DNA of 64,000 nt from an uncultured Thermoleophilaceae bacterium (GTDB lineage Bacteria > Actinomycetota > Thermoleophilia > Solirubrobacterales > Thermoleophilaceae). Location of the stretch: NCBI GenBank assembly GCA_963734025.1, contig CAVTFR010000012.1, positions 1,924-65,923 of the forward strand. The letters run 5' to 3'. Of this stretch, positions 35,328 to 45,207 are shown in pieces (positions within the stretch are counted from its first letter, which is position 1; each line of letters begins with the position of its first letter). The notes under the pieces were generated by a model. That model was given only the letters and a program-made list of their open reading frames with translations. It searched no databases and was not told the DNA's origin. Both the position numbers and the translations under genes were made by a program.

Positions 35328-35398
35328 ACGGGTCCCAAAAAAGCATGCTGATCATAAGTCGTTGGCCGAATAGACAAATTGGCATTAACCTAGCCGGG

Positions 35399-36025
35399 AT
35401 GTCCACCACCGTCAGGTGTCTGGCTGTGGACGATCACCCGACTGTGCGGCAAGGACTCGGCCACATGTTCGGGCAGGCGCCCGACCTGGAGCTAGTCGGG
35501 ACGGTCGAAAACGGCGAAAGCGTGATCGACGCGTGCAAGAAGCTGCGCCCGCGGGTCGTGATCATGGACGTCCGCCTGCCCGGAATCGACGGCATCTCCG
35601 CCATCAAGCGGATCGCCGAATCGTGCCCGGACGTCGAGACGGTCATGTACTCGGCCTACGGCGACAAGCGCCTGCTGTCCGACGCGATCGCCGCCGGCGC
35701 CCGCGGCTACGTGATGAAGGGCTCGCCGCCCGAGGACCTGCTGCGCGCTGTGCGCACGGTGACCACCGGGAAGCCGTTCGTCGACCCGTCGCTGTCGCCG
35801 ACGCTCTTGATGTCGGCCGTCGGCCCGGACGCTCCGCTATCCGAGCGCGAGCGCGAGATCCTGCAGCTGCTGGCCGAGGGGCTTCACACCGAGGAGGTCG
35901 CCCGCCGGATCGGCCTCTCGGTCGAGACGGTCAAGTCGGACACCAAGCGCGCGATCCTCAAGCTCGAGGCCGACACGCGCGTGCACGCCGTGGCGATAGC
36001 ACTTCGCCAGGCGATGATCGAGTAG
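35399..36025 (+). CDS. NarL/LuxR-family two-component response regulator
   Basis: Inside ORF 35345..36025, ATG at 35399. The receiver has VDDHP and VVIMDVRLPGIDG. The C-terminal LuxR HTH is LSEREREILQLLAEGLHTEEVARRIGLSVETVKS. Confidence 0.85.
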   Translation: MSTTVRCLAVDDHPTVRQGLGHMFGQAPDLELVGTVENGESVIDACKKLRPRVVIMDVRLPGIDGISAIKRIAESCPDVETVMYSAYGDKRLLSDAIAAGARGYVMKGSPPEDLLRAVRTVTTGKPFVDPSLSPTLLMSAVGPDAPLSEREREILQLLAEGLHTEEVARRIGLSVETVKSDTKRAILKLEADTRVHAVAIALRQAMIE

Positions 36026-36035
36026 AACCTCACGG

Positions 36036-36131
36036 GTGCAGGAAATCCCGCGCTTCTGGATCGTCGTCCAGGTCCTGATCGTGATCTTCACCCTGATCGG
36101 CGCGGTGATCGCGATCACGAAGCTGGTCTGA
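36036..36131 (+). CDS. candidate 31-aa hydrophobic micro-protein
   Basis: A GTG at 36036 opens VQEIPRFWIVVQVLIVIFTLIGAVIAITKLV, ending at TGA 36129-36131. Nearly every codon ends in G or C, like genuine genes here. It is not in the ORF track because it is under 60 aa. It overlaps the convergent AI-2E gene end by 17 nt. Confidence 0.35.
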   Translation: MQEIPRFWIVVQVLIVIFTLIGAVIAITKLV

Positions 36132-37248
36132 GCGGTTTCGCCTCGCCCTCCCCGGGGCCCAGCTCCGTCTCGAGCGACTCGGGCAGGTCGATGTCGGGCC
36201 GGCTTCGCTCGGCGTGCGCGTCCTCGACCGGCTTGACCCAGAACTCCTCGACCGCGATCACGACGAGCGACAGGATCGGCACAGCCACGAACAGGCCCAC
36301 GAAGCCGAACAGCTGGCCGACGACGACCACGCCGATGGCGACCACGGCCGGATGCAACCGGACCCGTTGCGCCATCACCACCGGGATCGTGACGTTGCTC
36401 TCGACCTGCTGAACCAGCACGTACGCGCCGAGCACGATCAGCGCCTTTCCGGGCGAGTCGGTGAGGGCGAAGAGCGTCGGCGGTATGGCGCCGGCGATCG
36501 CGCCGAAGTAGGGCACCACCACGAGCAGCGCCGACAGCACGGCGAAGAAGATCGCGAAGTCGAGCCCGATGATCGTGAGCGCGACGAGCAGCAGCACGAA
36601 CGTCAGCACCATGTCGATCGCGACGCCCTCCATCCAGCCGACCCAGGCGCCGCGTAGCCGGTTGAGGACCTGCCGGACGTGAGCGCGGCGGCTCGGCGGC
36701 GCGAGCCTCAGGAGCCCGTTGACCAGCGGCTCTGGCCGCACGGCCATGTAGTAGGCCGTGATGAGGATGAGCACGAGCGCGGCGGCGATGCCGGCGAGGT
36801 TCAGCCCGATCGAGGTGATCGGGCCGATCAGGCGGTCCGGGTCGTCCGTCAGCCGCTCCGCGAACTCTTCGACCTGATCGCCGACCTCGCCGGAGTCCTG
36901 GCCGGTGAGGTCCGCGTACATCTCCTCGAGGTTCGTGATGATGCCCGGCACGTCGTCCACGAACTGCTCGGTCTGGTCGACGAAGGGCGGAATCAGCAGG
37001 TAGACGATGAGCGCGATCGCCCCGACGCCGGCGAGCAGCGCGAGGAGCGTGCCGATCGGACGCGGGACGCGGTAGCGCTCGAGCCGGTCCGCCACCGCGG
37101 CCAGCGGAATGGCCACGATCACGGTGATCAAGATCGCCAGCAGCAGCGTCACGAGCTGGCGGAAGAGCAGACCGAAGAGGAGCAGGCCGGCGGCCAGGAG
37201 AACCGCGCGGTAGACGACCTGCGGCGTGTTTGTCCGATGCTCCTCCAT
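36115..37248 (-). CDS. AI-2E family (PerM/YhhT-like) transporter
   Basis: ORF 36115..37248. It has about 8 TM segments with the typical layout (LLLAILITVIVAIPL..., VPYFGAIAGAIPP..., VESNVTIPVVM). Confidence 0.85.
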   Translation of the reverse strand: MEEHRTNTPQVVYRAVLLAAGLLLFGLLFRQLVTLLLAILITVIVAIPLAAVADRLERYRVPRPIGTLLALLAGVGAIALIVYLLIPPFVDQTEQFVDDVPGIITNLEEMYADLTGQDSGEVGDQVEEFAERLTDDPDRLIGPITSIGLNLAGIAAALVLILITAYYMAVRPEPLVNGLLRLAPPSRRAHVRQVLNRLRGAWVGWMEGVAIDMVLTFVLLLVALTIIGLDFAIFFAVLSALLVVVPYFGAIAGAIPPTLFALTDSPGKALIVLGAYVLVQQVESNVTIPVVMAQRVRLHPAVVAIGVVVVGQLFGFVGLFVAVPILSLVVIAVEEFWVKPVEDAHAERSRPDIDLPESLETELGPGEGEAKPLRPAS

Positions 37249-37306
37249 CGGGCCCTACGGTACGTCAGCCGGGAGCTTGGCGCCCCCGGCGATCAAAGGC
37301 AGAGGC

Positions 37307-37495
37307 TCAGGTGCGCCGCTCGAGGTCGGCGACCTCGTCCGACTTCTCGTCCACCCGCTCCTGGGCATCGGCAAGCTTCTCCTTCTCCTCGCCCTTGCGC
37401 TCCTCACGCCGGCCCTGCTGGCGCAGGCCGGCGTCGCCGGTCAGGTCGCCGGCGGCCTTCTTGCCGCGGCCCATGATCTTGTCGAGGATGCTCAT
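37307..37495 (-). CDS. CsbD-like general stress protein
   Basis: Inside ORF 37307..37633, ATG at 37495 (MSILDKIMGRGKKAAGDLTGDAGLRQQGRREERKGEEKEKLADAQERVDEKSDEV). Confidence 0.7.
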   Translation of the reverse strand: MSILDKIMGRGKKAAGDLTGDAGLRQQGRREERKGEEKEKLADAQERVDEKSDEVADLERRT

Positions 37496-37584
37496 TGCGG
37501 TCCGCCCCCTTGGGTCGTTGTTCCCGGCGCGGCTACCCGGCGCCCGAGGCCGGAAACGCGCCGCCGGCGATAGCGTCACGTCTC

Positions 37585-38319
37585 GTGACGAACGAGGAGG
37601 CCAACCGCCTCGCACGCGACAAGGGGGTCTCACGCGCGCTCTACGCGCTGGCCCGCGCCCTGCTCGTTCCGTTCATGCGCATCTACTTCCGCATGCACAT
37701 CGCGGGCGCGGAGCACATCCCCGCCGAGGGGCCGGCCATCGTGGCGCCGAACCACAAGAGCTTCTATGACTCCTTCTTCATCGCCGTGTGCACCCGCCGG
37801 CCCGTGCGCTTCATGGCGAAGAGCGAGCTGATCGACGCCCGCTACGGGCGCCTGCTCGTCAGGCTCGGCGCGTTCCCGGTGCGGCGCGGGCAGTCGGACG
37901 CCGAGGCGCTCGAGACCGCGCGCACGATCCTGCGCCAGGGCGGCCTGCTCGCCCTCTTCCCCGAGGGCACCCGTGTACGCGATCCGGAGGGCCTTGGCCA
38001 CCCTCACCGGGGCGCGGGCCACATCGCGCTCGAGACCGGCGCCCCACTCGTCCCCTGCGCGATCACCGGCACGGAAGCGCTCTTCGCCGGGCCGTTCCCG
38101 AAGCCGCGCCGGGTGCAGGTGGCGTTCTCGGAGCCGATCCCGGTGGAGCAGCTGCCGCCCACCCCCGAGGGCGCCGGCGAGCTGATCGAGGGCAAGCTGT
38201 GGCCCGAGGTCGAGGGCGAGTACCGGCGCCTGCGAGCGCGCCCGACGCTGATCGCGGCGGGGCTCGCCGCGCTCGGAATCGGTGCGGGCGCGCTCATCCG
38301 CAGCCGCCGCAGGCGCTAG
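37585..38319 (+). CDS. 1-acyl-sn-glycerol-3-phosphate acyltransferase (PlsC family)
   Basis: Inside ORF 37495..38319, GTG at 37585. It has the NHKSFYDS (HX4D) and FPEGTR motifs. Confidence 0.8.
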   Translation: MTNEEANRLARDKGVSRALYALARALLVPFMRIYFRMHIAGAEHIPAEGPAIVAPNHKSFYDSFFIAVCTRRPVRFMAKSELIDARYGRLLVRLGAFPVRRGQSDAEALETARTILRQGGLLALFPEGTRVRDPEGLGHPHRGAGHIALETGAPLVPCAITGTEALFAGPFPKPRRVQVAFSEPIPVEQLPPTPEGAGELIEGKLWPEVEGEYRRLRARPTLIAAGLAALGIGAGALIRSRRRR

Positions 38320-38657
38320 ACAGGCGCGCCGACCCCGCGCTCCACGGGAAGGCCCGCCTCGATCCAGTCGGCGATCCCCTCGGCGTACTCGCGCACGTCG
38401 GTGTAGCCGAGCGCGAGGAGACGGTTTGCCGCGATCTCCGAGTTGGCGCACGCCAGGTTCGCGCAGTAGGTGACGATCCTGGCGTCCTTGTCCGGCAACC
38501 GCTGCGGCGCCTGTTCGGCGACGCGCTCGTGGTCGAGCTGGATCGCACCGGCGATGTGCTCCCTGCGGAAGTAGAGCTCCGGCAGCGCGTGGACGAGCGT
38601 CACCTCGCCGTGCTCGATCAGCTCTCGAAGGTCGTCGCGCGTGATCTTCTGGGCCAT
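38316..38657 (-). CDS. rhodanese-like domain protein
   Basis: ORF 38316..38657. It has the active-site loop VTYCANLACANS and the REHIAGAI motif. Confidence 0.8.
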   Translation of the reverse strand: MAQKITRDDLRELIEHGEVTLVHALPELYFRREHIAGAIQLDHERVAEQAPQRLPDKDARIVTYCANLACANSEIAANRLLALGYTDVREYAEGIADWIEAGLPVERGVGAPV

Positions 38658-38677
38658 CCCGATCTCCTCTCGGATCT

Positions 38678-38697
38678 ATCCGGACTAACGTCCGGAT
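38678..38697. promoter_or_regulatory. candidate TetR operator (ATCCGGAC-TAAC-GTCCGGAT)
   Basis: Perfect 8-bp arms, in the divergent rhodanese/TetR intergenic region. Confidence 0.45.
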
Positions 38698-38718
38698 ATG
38701 GTTTCTCGCCGAGTCTAG

Positions 38719-38732
38719 CGGACCGTAGTCCG
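38719..38732. promoter_or_regulatory. second related palindrome (CGGAC-CGTA-GTCCG)
   Basis: It shares the CGGAC/GTCCG half-sites with 38678-38697 and lies just upstream of the TetR start. Confidence 0.4.
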
Positions 38733-38748
38733 GTTGACGTGGGAGCCC

Positions 38749-39366
38749 ATGCCTGCTTACGGTGAGCCCGTGGATCTCCCAGTCTCCGGCCGGCCGCGCG
38801 AGCGGAGCGACGCCGCTCGCAACCGCGAGCTGATCCTCGCGGCGGCCCGCCGCCTGTTCGACGAGGAGGGCCCGGCGGCCGTCTCGATGGATCGCGTGGC
38901 CGAGCAGGCGGGTGTCGGCAAGGGGACGCTCTATCGCCGCTTCGGCGACCGCGCCGGCCTGGCACTGGCGCTGCTCGACGCGCGCGAGTGCGAGTTCCAG
39001 GAGCAGGTGATCCGCGGTCCCGCCCCACTCGGACCCGGCGCGCCGCCGGTCGAGCGCGTAGTCGCCTTCGGGAACGCCTGGCTCGACATACTCGACACGC
39101 ACGGCGACATCGTGCTCGCCGCGGAGAGCGGGCCGGTCGGCGCGCGCTTCCGCGGGAGCGTCTACGCGAGCCACCGCACCCACCTCGAGCTGCTGGTCGC
39201 GGAGGCGGACCCGGAGGCGGACGCCGGCTACCTCGCCGACGCCCTGCTGTCAGCGCTCGACTCCCAGCTGGTCCTCTTCATGCGCACCGACCGCGGCCGT
39301 TCGCTCGACGAGATCAAGGCGGGCTGGGAGCAGCTCGTGCGCCGGGCTGTCCGGGCGCCGGTCTAG
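38749..39366 (+). CDS. TetR family transcriptional regulator
   Basis: ORF 38734..39366 (TTG), with the first ATG at 38749. The HTH is ARNRELILAAARRLFDEEGPAAVSMDRVAEQAGVGKGTLYRRF. Confidence 0.8.
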   Translation: MPAYGEPVDLPVSGRPRERSDAARNRELILAAARRLFDEEGPAAVSMDRVAEQAGVGKGTLYRRFGDRAGLALALLDARECEFQEQVIRGPAPLGPGAPPVERVVAFGNAWLDILDTHGDIVLAAESGPVGARFRGSVYASHRTHLELLVAEADPEADAGYLADALLSALDSQLVLFMRTDRGRSLDEIKAGWEQLVRRAVRAPV

Positions 39367-39376
39367 CTTGCCCCGC

Positions 39377-40045
39377 GTGCGTCTGCTCGTCGCCCGCTGC
39401 GAGGTCGTCTACACCGGCCGGTTGACCGCGCTGCTGCCGGAGGCACTGCGGCTCGTCATGGTCAAGGCGGACGGCTCGGTGATGGTCCACGCCGACAGCG
39501 GCGGCTACAAGCCGTCCAACTGGATGACCGCGCCGACGATCATCGAGGAGGAGCCCGGCTCGATGACGGTCCGCAAGCCGGGCACCGAGGACCGGCTCGA
39601 GATCCGCATCGCCGAGGTGATCTCGGACACGAGCCATGACATGGGCGAGGCGGCCGCGCTCGAGAAGGAGGGCGTCGAGCGCGACCTGCAGGAGCTGCTG
39701 GCCGACGCCCCCGGCTGGTGCGGCGAGGGGATGCGGCTCGTCCGCCGCGAGTGGCCCACGGACATCGGACCGGTCGACCTCATGTGCCTCGATGCAGCGG
39801 ACGACTACGTGGCGGTCGAGATCAAGCGGATCGGGACGATCGACGCGGTCGAGCAGCTCACCCGCTACCTGGAGCGCATCCACACGGCCCCCGGCCTCGG
39901 GCGCTGCCGGGGAGTGCTGGCCGCCCAGGTCGTGAAGCCGCAGGCGCGCGTGCTCGCGGAGTCGCGCGGGATCGCATGCGTCGAGGTCGACCTCGCGGTG
40001 CTGAAGGGCGAGCGCGAGCCGGACCTCACGCTGTTCGCCGCGTAG
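39377..40045 (+). CDS. nucS: endonuclease NucS (EndoMS mismatch-specific nuclease)
   Basis: ORF 39368..40045; the GTG at 39377 gives the typical VRLLVARCEVVYTGRL N-terminus. The RecB-like core is GPVDLMCLD...YVAVEIKR...AVEQLTRYLE. Confidence 0.9.
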   Translation: MRLLVARCEVVYTGRLTALLPEALRLVMVKADGSVMVHADSGGYKPSNWMTAPTIIEEEPGSMTVRKPGTEDRLEIRIAEVISDTSHDMGEAAALEKEGVERDLQELLADAPGWCGEGMRLVRREWPTDIGPVDLMCLDAADDYVAVEIKRIGTIDAVEQLTRYLERIHTAPGLGRCRGVLAAQVVKPQARVLAESRGIACVEVDLAVLKGEREPDLTLFAA

Positions 40046-40057
40046 CGGCGTCGCGTG

Positions 40058-40876
40058 TCAGAGCAGCTCGGTGTACGCGTCGAGCTGGCGCTCGACCGCG
40101 TCGGGCTCCTGCGGCTTCAGGTAGATGTAGGCACGATGGACGCCGACGGCGGCGAGCCGCTCGAGGAAGCCCGGATCCGGCTTGGCGCCGAACACGGACA
40201 CGGGCACGCGCCGCCCGGCGCGCTCGCGCAGCTCCTCTATGCGCGTGCCGAGCGCATCGGGATCGGTCACCCGGTTCGGCATCCACTCGTCGCCATAAGC
40301 GAGCACCCGGTCCAGCACCTTCTGCCCCGTGCCGCCGACGAGCACCGGCGGGTACGGCCTCTGGACCGGCTTGGGCCAGCACCAGATCGGGTCGAAGTCC
40401 ACGTGCTCGCCGTGGTACTCGGCCTCGTCCTCGGTCCAGATCGCCTTCATGGCCTCCACCCGCTCGCGCAGGATCGAGAAGCGGCGCCGCGGGTCGGTCC
40501 CGTGGTTCGCCATCTCCTCGCGATTCCAGCCGGCACCCACGCCGAACAGGACGCGCCCGTCAGAGAGCGCGTCGATCGAGGCGATGGCGTTGGCGGTGAT
40601 GATCGGATCGTGCTGGATCACGAGGCAGACGCCGGAGCCGACCTTGATCCGCTCGGTCACGGCGGCGGCCATCGCCATGGCGACGAACAGGTCGTGTGTG
40701 TGGCTGTACTCGGGCGGCAGCTCCCCGCCGCCCGGGTAGGCCGTCGCACGGCTCACCGGTATGTGGGTGTGCTCGGGGAAGAGCAGCGAACCGAAACCGC
40801 GCTCCTCGGCCAGCTGCGCGACGCGCGCCGGTGCCATCGTGTAGTCGGTGGGAAACAGCGCCAGGCCTATGTCCAT
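40058..40876 (-). CDS. LLM-class F420-dependent oxidoreductase
   Basis: ORF 40058..40876. It begins MDIGLALFPTDYTMAP and has FPEHTHIP and LFGVGAGWNREEM, the pattern of the probable F420-dependent Rv2161c-like family. Confidence 0.8.
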   Translation of the reverse strand: MDIGLALFPTDYTMAPARVAQLAEERGFGSLLFPEHTHIPVSRATAYPGGGELPPEYSHTHDLFVAMAMAAAVTERIKVGSGVCLVIQHDPIITANAIASIDALSDGRVLFGVGAGWNREEMANHGTDPRRRFSILRERVEAMKAIWTEDEAEYHGEHVDFDPIWCWPKPVQRPYPPVLVGGTGQKVLDRVLAYGDEWMPNRVTDPDALGTRIEELRERAGRRVPVSVFGAKPDPGFLERLAAVGVHRAYIYLKPQEPDAVERQLDAYTELL

Positions 40877-42117
40877 CTGATCGGAAGCCTCTCCAGTCCG
40901 TAGATGCCGTGGATCGAGCCGAGCTCCGGCTCGCCGTCGAGGGCCAGGCCGGGCATTCGCTGCGGCAGGAAGCCGAGCGCCTCCTGCAGCTCGGCCCGAG
41001 CGAGGTTCGCACCGAGGCAGTAGTGGATGCCGGCGCCGAAGGTGAGCGGCTTCGCGTCGCCGCGCTCGGCAGTGATGTCGAACGCCTCGGGGTCGCCTTC
41101 GACGCCGTCACGGTTTCCCGTGAACGAGGAGACCATCACGATCGTGTCGGCGGGGAAGGTCACGTCGCGGTACTCGATCTCCTCGTGGAGGATGCGCGCC
41201 GTGAACGGCGTGATCGGCTCGTAGCGGAGCAGCTCCTCGACCGCCGCGGCGGCGCGCTCGGGCTGCCCGGCGAGCAGCTCCCACTGGTCGGGGTGAGCGG
41301 CGAACACCCGCAGCCCGTGCGCGAGCTGCGCCTGCGTCGTGTCGACCCCGCCGACGAGGACGTTCAGGACGAGGTTCATGCACTCGGCTTCCGACAACCG
41401 GTCGCCGTTCGACTCCGCACCCTGCGCAGCCGGCCGAGCCGGCTGCTTCGGGCCCCCAGCGGCGATCAGCGTCGAGATCAGGTCGGCACCGGGGTCACCG
41501 CGGCGCTTCTCGATCAGCGCCTCGGCCCACTCGTAGAACTCCTCACAGGCGCCCTCGATGAGCTCGCGTTCATTCATCAGGCTGGCCGGGTCGAACTGAC
41601 GCTGGATCAGGTTCGACCACCTGTGCAGCTTCGGCGCGTCCTCCAACGGCGCGCCCATGACGGTCGCGATCGTCAGCGACGGATAGGGCTTCGCGAACGC
41701 CTCGACGAACTCACACGAGCTCGCGTCCGCGAGAGGCGCCCATAACCGCTCGAGGAACCCGCGCATCGCGGGACGCCAGCGGTCGGCGGCTCGCGGCGTG
41801 AAGGCCGGGTTGACGAGATTGCGCAGACGCCGGTGAGCCTCACTGTTGATATGGAGGATGTTGCGCCGCATCTGCTCGAGCAGCGCCCCCTCTGGCACCT
41901 CGAACATCTCCGCGATCCGCATGCCCGGGAAGGTCGCGCTCTTCGTGCGCAGGAAGAAGGCTGCCGCCTCGCGGTCGAGCACGATGAACCCGATCGGCGA
42001 GCTCGCGAGCCAGCTGTGCTCGCTGAGCTCGCGCATCGTGTCGTGGAAGTGCTCGCCCTTCAGGTCGGGACCGAGGTAGTCGAGCACCGGAAGCTCGAGA
42101 TCCGTAACGAGGGCCAT
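40867..42117 (-). CDS. cytochrome P450
   Basis: ORF 40867..42117. It has the heme loop FGAGIHYCLGANLA, the EELLRY (ExxR) motif and an I-helix GGVDTT. Confidence 0.9.
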   Translation of the reverse strand: MALVTDLELPVLDYLGPDLKGEHFHDTMRELSEHSWLASSPIGFIVLDREAAAFFLRTKSATFPGMRIAEMFEVPEGALLEQMRRNILHINSEAHRRLRNLVNPAFTPRAADRWRPAMRGFLERLWAPLADASSCEFVEAFAKPYPSLTIATVMGAPLEDAPKLHRWSNLIQRQFDPASLMNERELIEGACEEFYEWAEALIEKRRGDPGADLISTLIAAGGPKQPARPAAQGAESNGDRLSEAECMNLVLNVLVGGVDTTQAQLAHGLRVFAAHPDQWELLAGQPERAAAAVEELLRYEPITPFTARILHEEIEYRDVTFPADTIVMVSSFTGNRDGVEGDPEAFDITAERGDAKPLTFGAGIHYCLGANLARAELQEALGFLPQRMPGLALDGEPELGSIHGIYGLERLPIRWT

Positions 42118-42144
42118 TGACGCGGGACACTAACCTCAACAGGT

Positions 42145-42801
42145 ATGGCCTTCCTCTTCCGCAACAAGACCGATATGCCCGAGCGGGGCGACGCCCTGCC
42201 GGGCCGCGACACGCGCCCCTTCGAGGTGCCCGACACGCACTTCGTGCTCGGCACGCCGCTCGAGCCGCCCTTCCCGGAGGGCGTCGAGACGGTCGTGTTC
42301 GGGCTCGGCTGCTTCTGGGGCGCCGAGCGCAGCTTCTGGCAGGCGCCGGGCGTCTACACGACCGCCGTCGGCTACGCGGGCGGCTACACGCCCAACCCGA
42401 CGTACGACGAGGTCTGCAGCGGGCGCACCGGCCACAACGAGGTGGTGCTGGTGGCCTACCGCCCCGAGGAGATCTCCTTCGACGAGCTCCTGCGGCTGTT
42501 CTGGGAGGGCCATGACCCGACCCAGGGGATGCGCCAGGGGAACGACGTGGGGACGCAGTACCGCTCCGGTATCTACGTGACCTCGGACGCCCAGCGCGAG
42601 GCAGCGCTCGCGTCGCGCGAGATGTACCAGCTGAAGCTGCGCGAGGCCGGCTACGGCGAGATCACCACCGAGATCGTCGACGCGCCCGAGTTCTTCTACG
42701 CCGAGGACTACCACCAGCAGTACCTGGCGAAGAACCCGAACGGCTACTGCGGGCTGGGCGGCACCGGCGTGTCCTGCCCGGTCGGCGTCACAAGGGCCTA
42801 G
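42145..42801 (+). CDS. msrA: peptide-methionine (S)-S-oxide reductase
   Basis: ORF 42145..42801 (GLGCFWGAE...[26 protein letters not shown]...[18 protein letters not shown]). Confidence 0.9.
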   Translation: MAFLFRNKTDMPERGDALPGRDTRPFEVPDTHFVLGTPLEPPFPEGVETVVFGLGCFWGAERSFWQAPGVYTTAVGYAGGYTPNPTYDEVCSGRTGHNEVVLVAYRPEEISFDELLRLFWEGHDPTQGMRQGNDVGTQYRSGIYVTSDAQREAALASREMYQLKLREAGYGEITTEIVDAPEFFYAEDYHQQYLAKNPNGYCGLGGTGVSCPVGVTRA

Positions 42802-43459
42802 CGGCCAGCATCCGCGCCATCATCTTGAGTCGCTCGTCCGCCTCGGCGGGCCAGCCGTCGACGTCCGCGGGCCACCAGGCCCAGTCGTCGTGCTCGGCGT
42901 CAGGGACGGGCTCCGCGCCCTCGGGCACGACCGCGAGGCCGACGAGCATCGTCATGCCGTTCGGCAGCCCGACGAGCGCCTCAACCGACAGCCGCTCGGG
43001 CTCGAGCGCCCACTCCTCCCCGAGCTCACGCGTGAGCGTGAGCGCGGGGCTCTCGCCCAGGTCCACCGCGCCACCGGCCCCGAGCGCCCAGCGGTTCGCC
43101 CACACGGACACCCAGCCGGCGCGCCTTCCCGCCAGCCAGCGGCCGTCGGCCGAGCGCACCACGCAGAGCGCTGTCAGGCTGTCGCAGGCGCCGCCCTCGA
43201 GCAGGCGCAGCGCCCAGCGCACCGGCTGAAGCTCGAGCTGCAGCCGCCCGCCGTCGTCGCGCCAGTCGGCGAGCCGGGTGGCCATGCCGTCGTGCGCGGG
43301 CGAGCCGCGCTCGCGCAGCTCGTCGACGGCCGCGTCCGCCCTGCGCTCGATCTCGGGGGGCGGCTCGTAGGCGTCCTCGCGCCAGTGGGCGTCGACCTGC
43401 TCGGGCTGCCAGGGGCCGAGGGCGAGCAGGCCGGAACGGGGGCTTGTCACGCCCTTCAA
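42788..43459 (-). CDS. NUDIX hydrolase
   Basis: ORF 42788..43459, with the Nudix box [24 protein letters not shown]. Confidence 0.8.
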   Translation of the reverse strand: MKGVTSPRSGLLALGPWQPEQVDAHWREDAYEPPPEIERRADAAVDELRERGSPAHDGMATRLADWRDDGGRLQLELQPVRWALRLLEGGACDSLTALCVVRSADGRWLAGRRAGWVSVWANRWALGAGGAVDLGESPALTLTRELGEEWALEPERLSVEALVGLPNGMTMLVGLAVVPEGAEPVPDAEHDDWAWWPADVDGWPAEADERLKMMARMLAARPL

Positions 43460-45147
43460 TCTAGTGTCGCGACGACCAGCGTTTCCTGCTCCGCATCGAA
43501 GCGGCTCAGCACCGACAGGAACGCCGCCACGACGCGCGGGTCGAACTGGCTGCCGGCGCAGCGGAGCAGCTCGCCGCGCGCGGCGCGGTCACCGATGCCG
43601 GGCCGGTAGACGCGGTTCGCCGTCATCGCCTCGTAGGCGTCGCCGACGGCGAGGATCTTCGCCTCGAGCGGGATCTGGGCCTCCTTCAGGCCGAGCGGGT
43701 AGCCGCGCCCGTCCGGGCGCTCGTGGTGGGCCATCACCCAGGCGCGCAGGTCCTCGAGCCCACGACCGCTCAGGATCTGCCCGCCGATCTCGGGATGGGT
43801 GCGGATCTCGGCGAGCTCCGCCTTGCCGAGCTTGCCGGGCTTCTGGAGGATCGCGTCCGGCAGGCCGATCTTGCCGATGTCGTGGAGGATGCCGGCGATC
43901 TCGATGCGCCGGATCCGCTCCGGCGCGAGGCCGAGCTCGCGCGCGATCATCGCGCAGTAGCGGCCGACGCTGCGCGAGTGGTCGGCGGTGCCCGTGTCGC
44001 GCAGGTCGAGCGCCTCCGCCAGCGAGAGCAGCGTCGCGAGCTGCACCTCGTCGGCGCTCCGCCCCGCCTCCGGGGCGAAGATCGCCGCAATCTCCCGGTT
44101 GAAGATCACGCAGCGGTTGCGGCCCAGTGCCTTGGCCGCGTAGAGCGCCTGGTCGGCGGCCTCGAGCACCGCGTCGGCGGAGCGGCCGTGCTCGGGGTAG
44201 GTGGCAACACCGAACGAAAACGTAAGCGCCGCCAGGTGGTCGTGGAACTCGCGCTGCACCGCCGCGCGCAGGCGCTCGGAGACGAGGTACGCCTCGTGCT
44301 CGCTCGCGCCCGGCAGGAGGATCGTGAACTCCTCGCCGCCGGTGCGCGCGATCGAGTCGCCCGCACGCCGGTGGCGCTCCAGGATGGCGCCGATGCGCAC
44401 CAGCGCCTCGTCACCCGCGCGATGGCCGAGCCGGTCGTTGACCGACTTGAAGTGGTCGAGGTCGCCGATCACCACGCTGAGCGGCTCCTCGGCCCGCAGC
44501 GCCCGCTCGACCTCGGCGGTCAGCTGCTGGTCGAGCGACAGCCGGTTGTTGAGTCCGGTGAGCGCGTCCGTGAGGGCCGCCTCGGAGAGGCTGCGCACGA
44601 GCTGCGTGACGCCGTCGCGCACCACGCGCAGGAGCCCTGCGGCGGGTAGCAGGGTGCCGGCGAGCGTGACCCAGCTCGCCGCCACCGCATCGGGAGGCGC
44701 AGACGCGAGCAGCACGACGAGATAGGCGCCGGTCATCAGGGCGAGCTGGCCGGCCGCCTCGCGCGCGGGGAAGAAGTAAGCCACGTAGAGCCCGAGCCAG
44801 ACGTAAAGCAGCTCGCCCGAGAGCGTCGAGCCGCCCCCCCATTGCCAGGCGTGCACGGAGACGAGCAGGGTGCCGAGCGCGACGCTCAGCTCGAGCCACG
44901 GAAGCGTCATCCGGTCTGCGAACAGGTGCAGCAGCACCGCGACGACGGCGCAGATCGCCGGGATGACGATGCGCGACTGCGACCAGGCATTTGGGTTCGG
45001 GAGCGCCGCCACCGCCAGGAGCACGGCGGCCTCGCCGCCGAAGATGCCCGCGGCCACGCGCGCGGCGAACCGGGTGCTCGGCTCGACCGACGTGAATGCA
45101 GGGGCGGGGCGCTCCCCCCGCTGTCCCGGGACCGGGGGCATGAGCAT
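43456..45147 (-). CDS. membrane-anchored GGDEF (GGEEF) diguanylate cyclase fused to an HD-GYP phosphodiesterase domain
   Basis: ORF 43456..45147. It has about 5 N-terminal TM segments. These are followed by DALTGLNNR...RTGGEEFTILLPG, then HSRSVGRYCA...ILHDIGKIGLPD...HHERPDGRGYPLGL. Confidence 0.85.
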   Translation of the reverse strand: MLMPPVPGQRGERPAPAFTSVEPSTRFAARVAAGIFGGEAAVLLAVAALPNPNAWSQSRIVIPAICAVVAVLLHLFADRMTLPWLELSVALGTLLVSVHAWQWGGGSTLSGELLYVWLGLYVAYFFPAREAAGQLALMTGAYLVVLLASAPPDAVAASWVTLAGTLLPAAGLLRVVRDGVTQLVRSLSEAALTDALTGLNNRLSLDQQLTAEVERALRAEEPLSVVIGDLDHFKSVNDRLGHRAGDEALVRIGAILERHRRAGDSIARTGGEEFTILLPGASEHEAYLVSERLRAAVQREFHDHLAALTFSFGVATYPEHGRSADAVLEAADQALYAAKALGRNRCVIFNREIAAIFAPEAGRSADEVQLATLLSLAEALDLRDTGTADHSRSVGRYCAMIARELGLAPERIRRIEIAGILHDIGKIGLPDAILQKPGKLGKAELAEIRTHPEIGGQILSGRGLEDLRAWVMAHHERPDGRGYPLGLKEAQIPLEAKILAVGDAYEAMTANRVYRPGIGDRAARGELLRCAGSQFDPRVVAAFLSVLSRFDAEQETLVVATLD

Positions 45148-45207
45148 CTTGTCGGCTCCGCGGGGCTCCGCCCACAGCGGTATGGACGGATGTCCAGGTG
45201 CCGCGCC

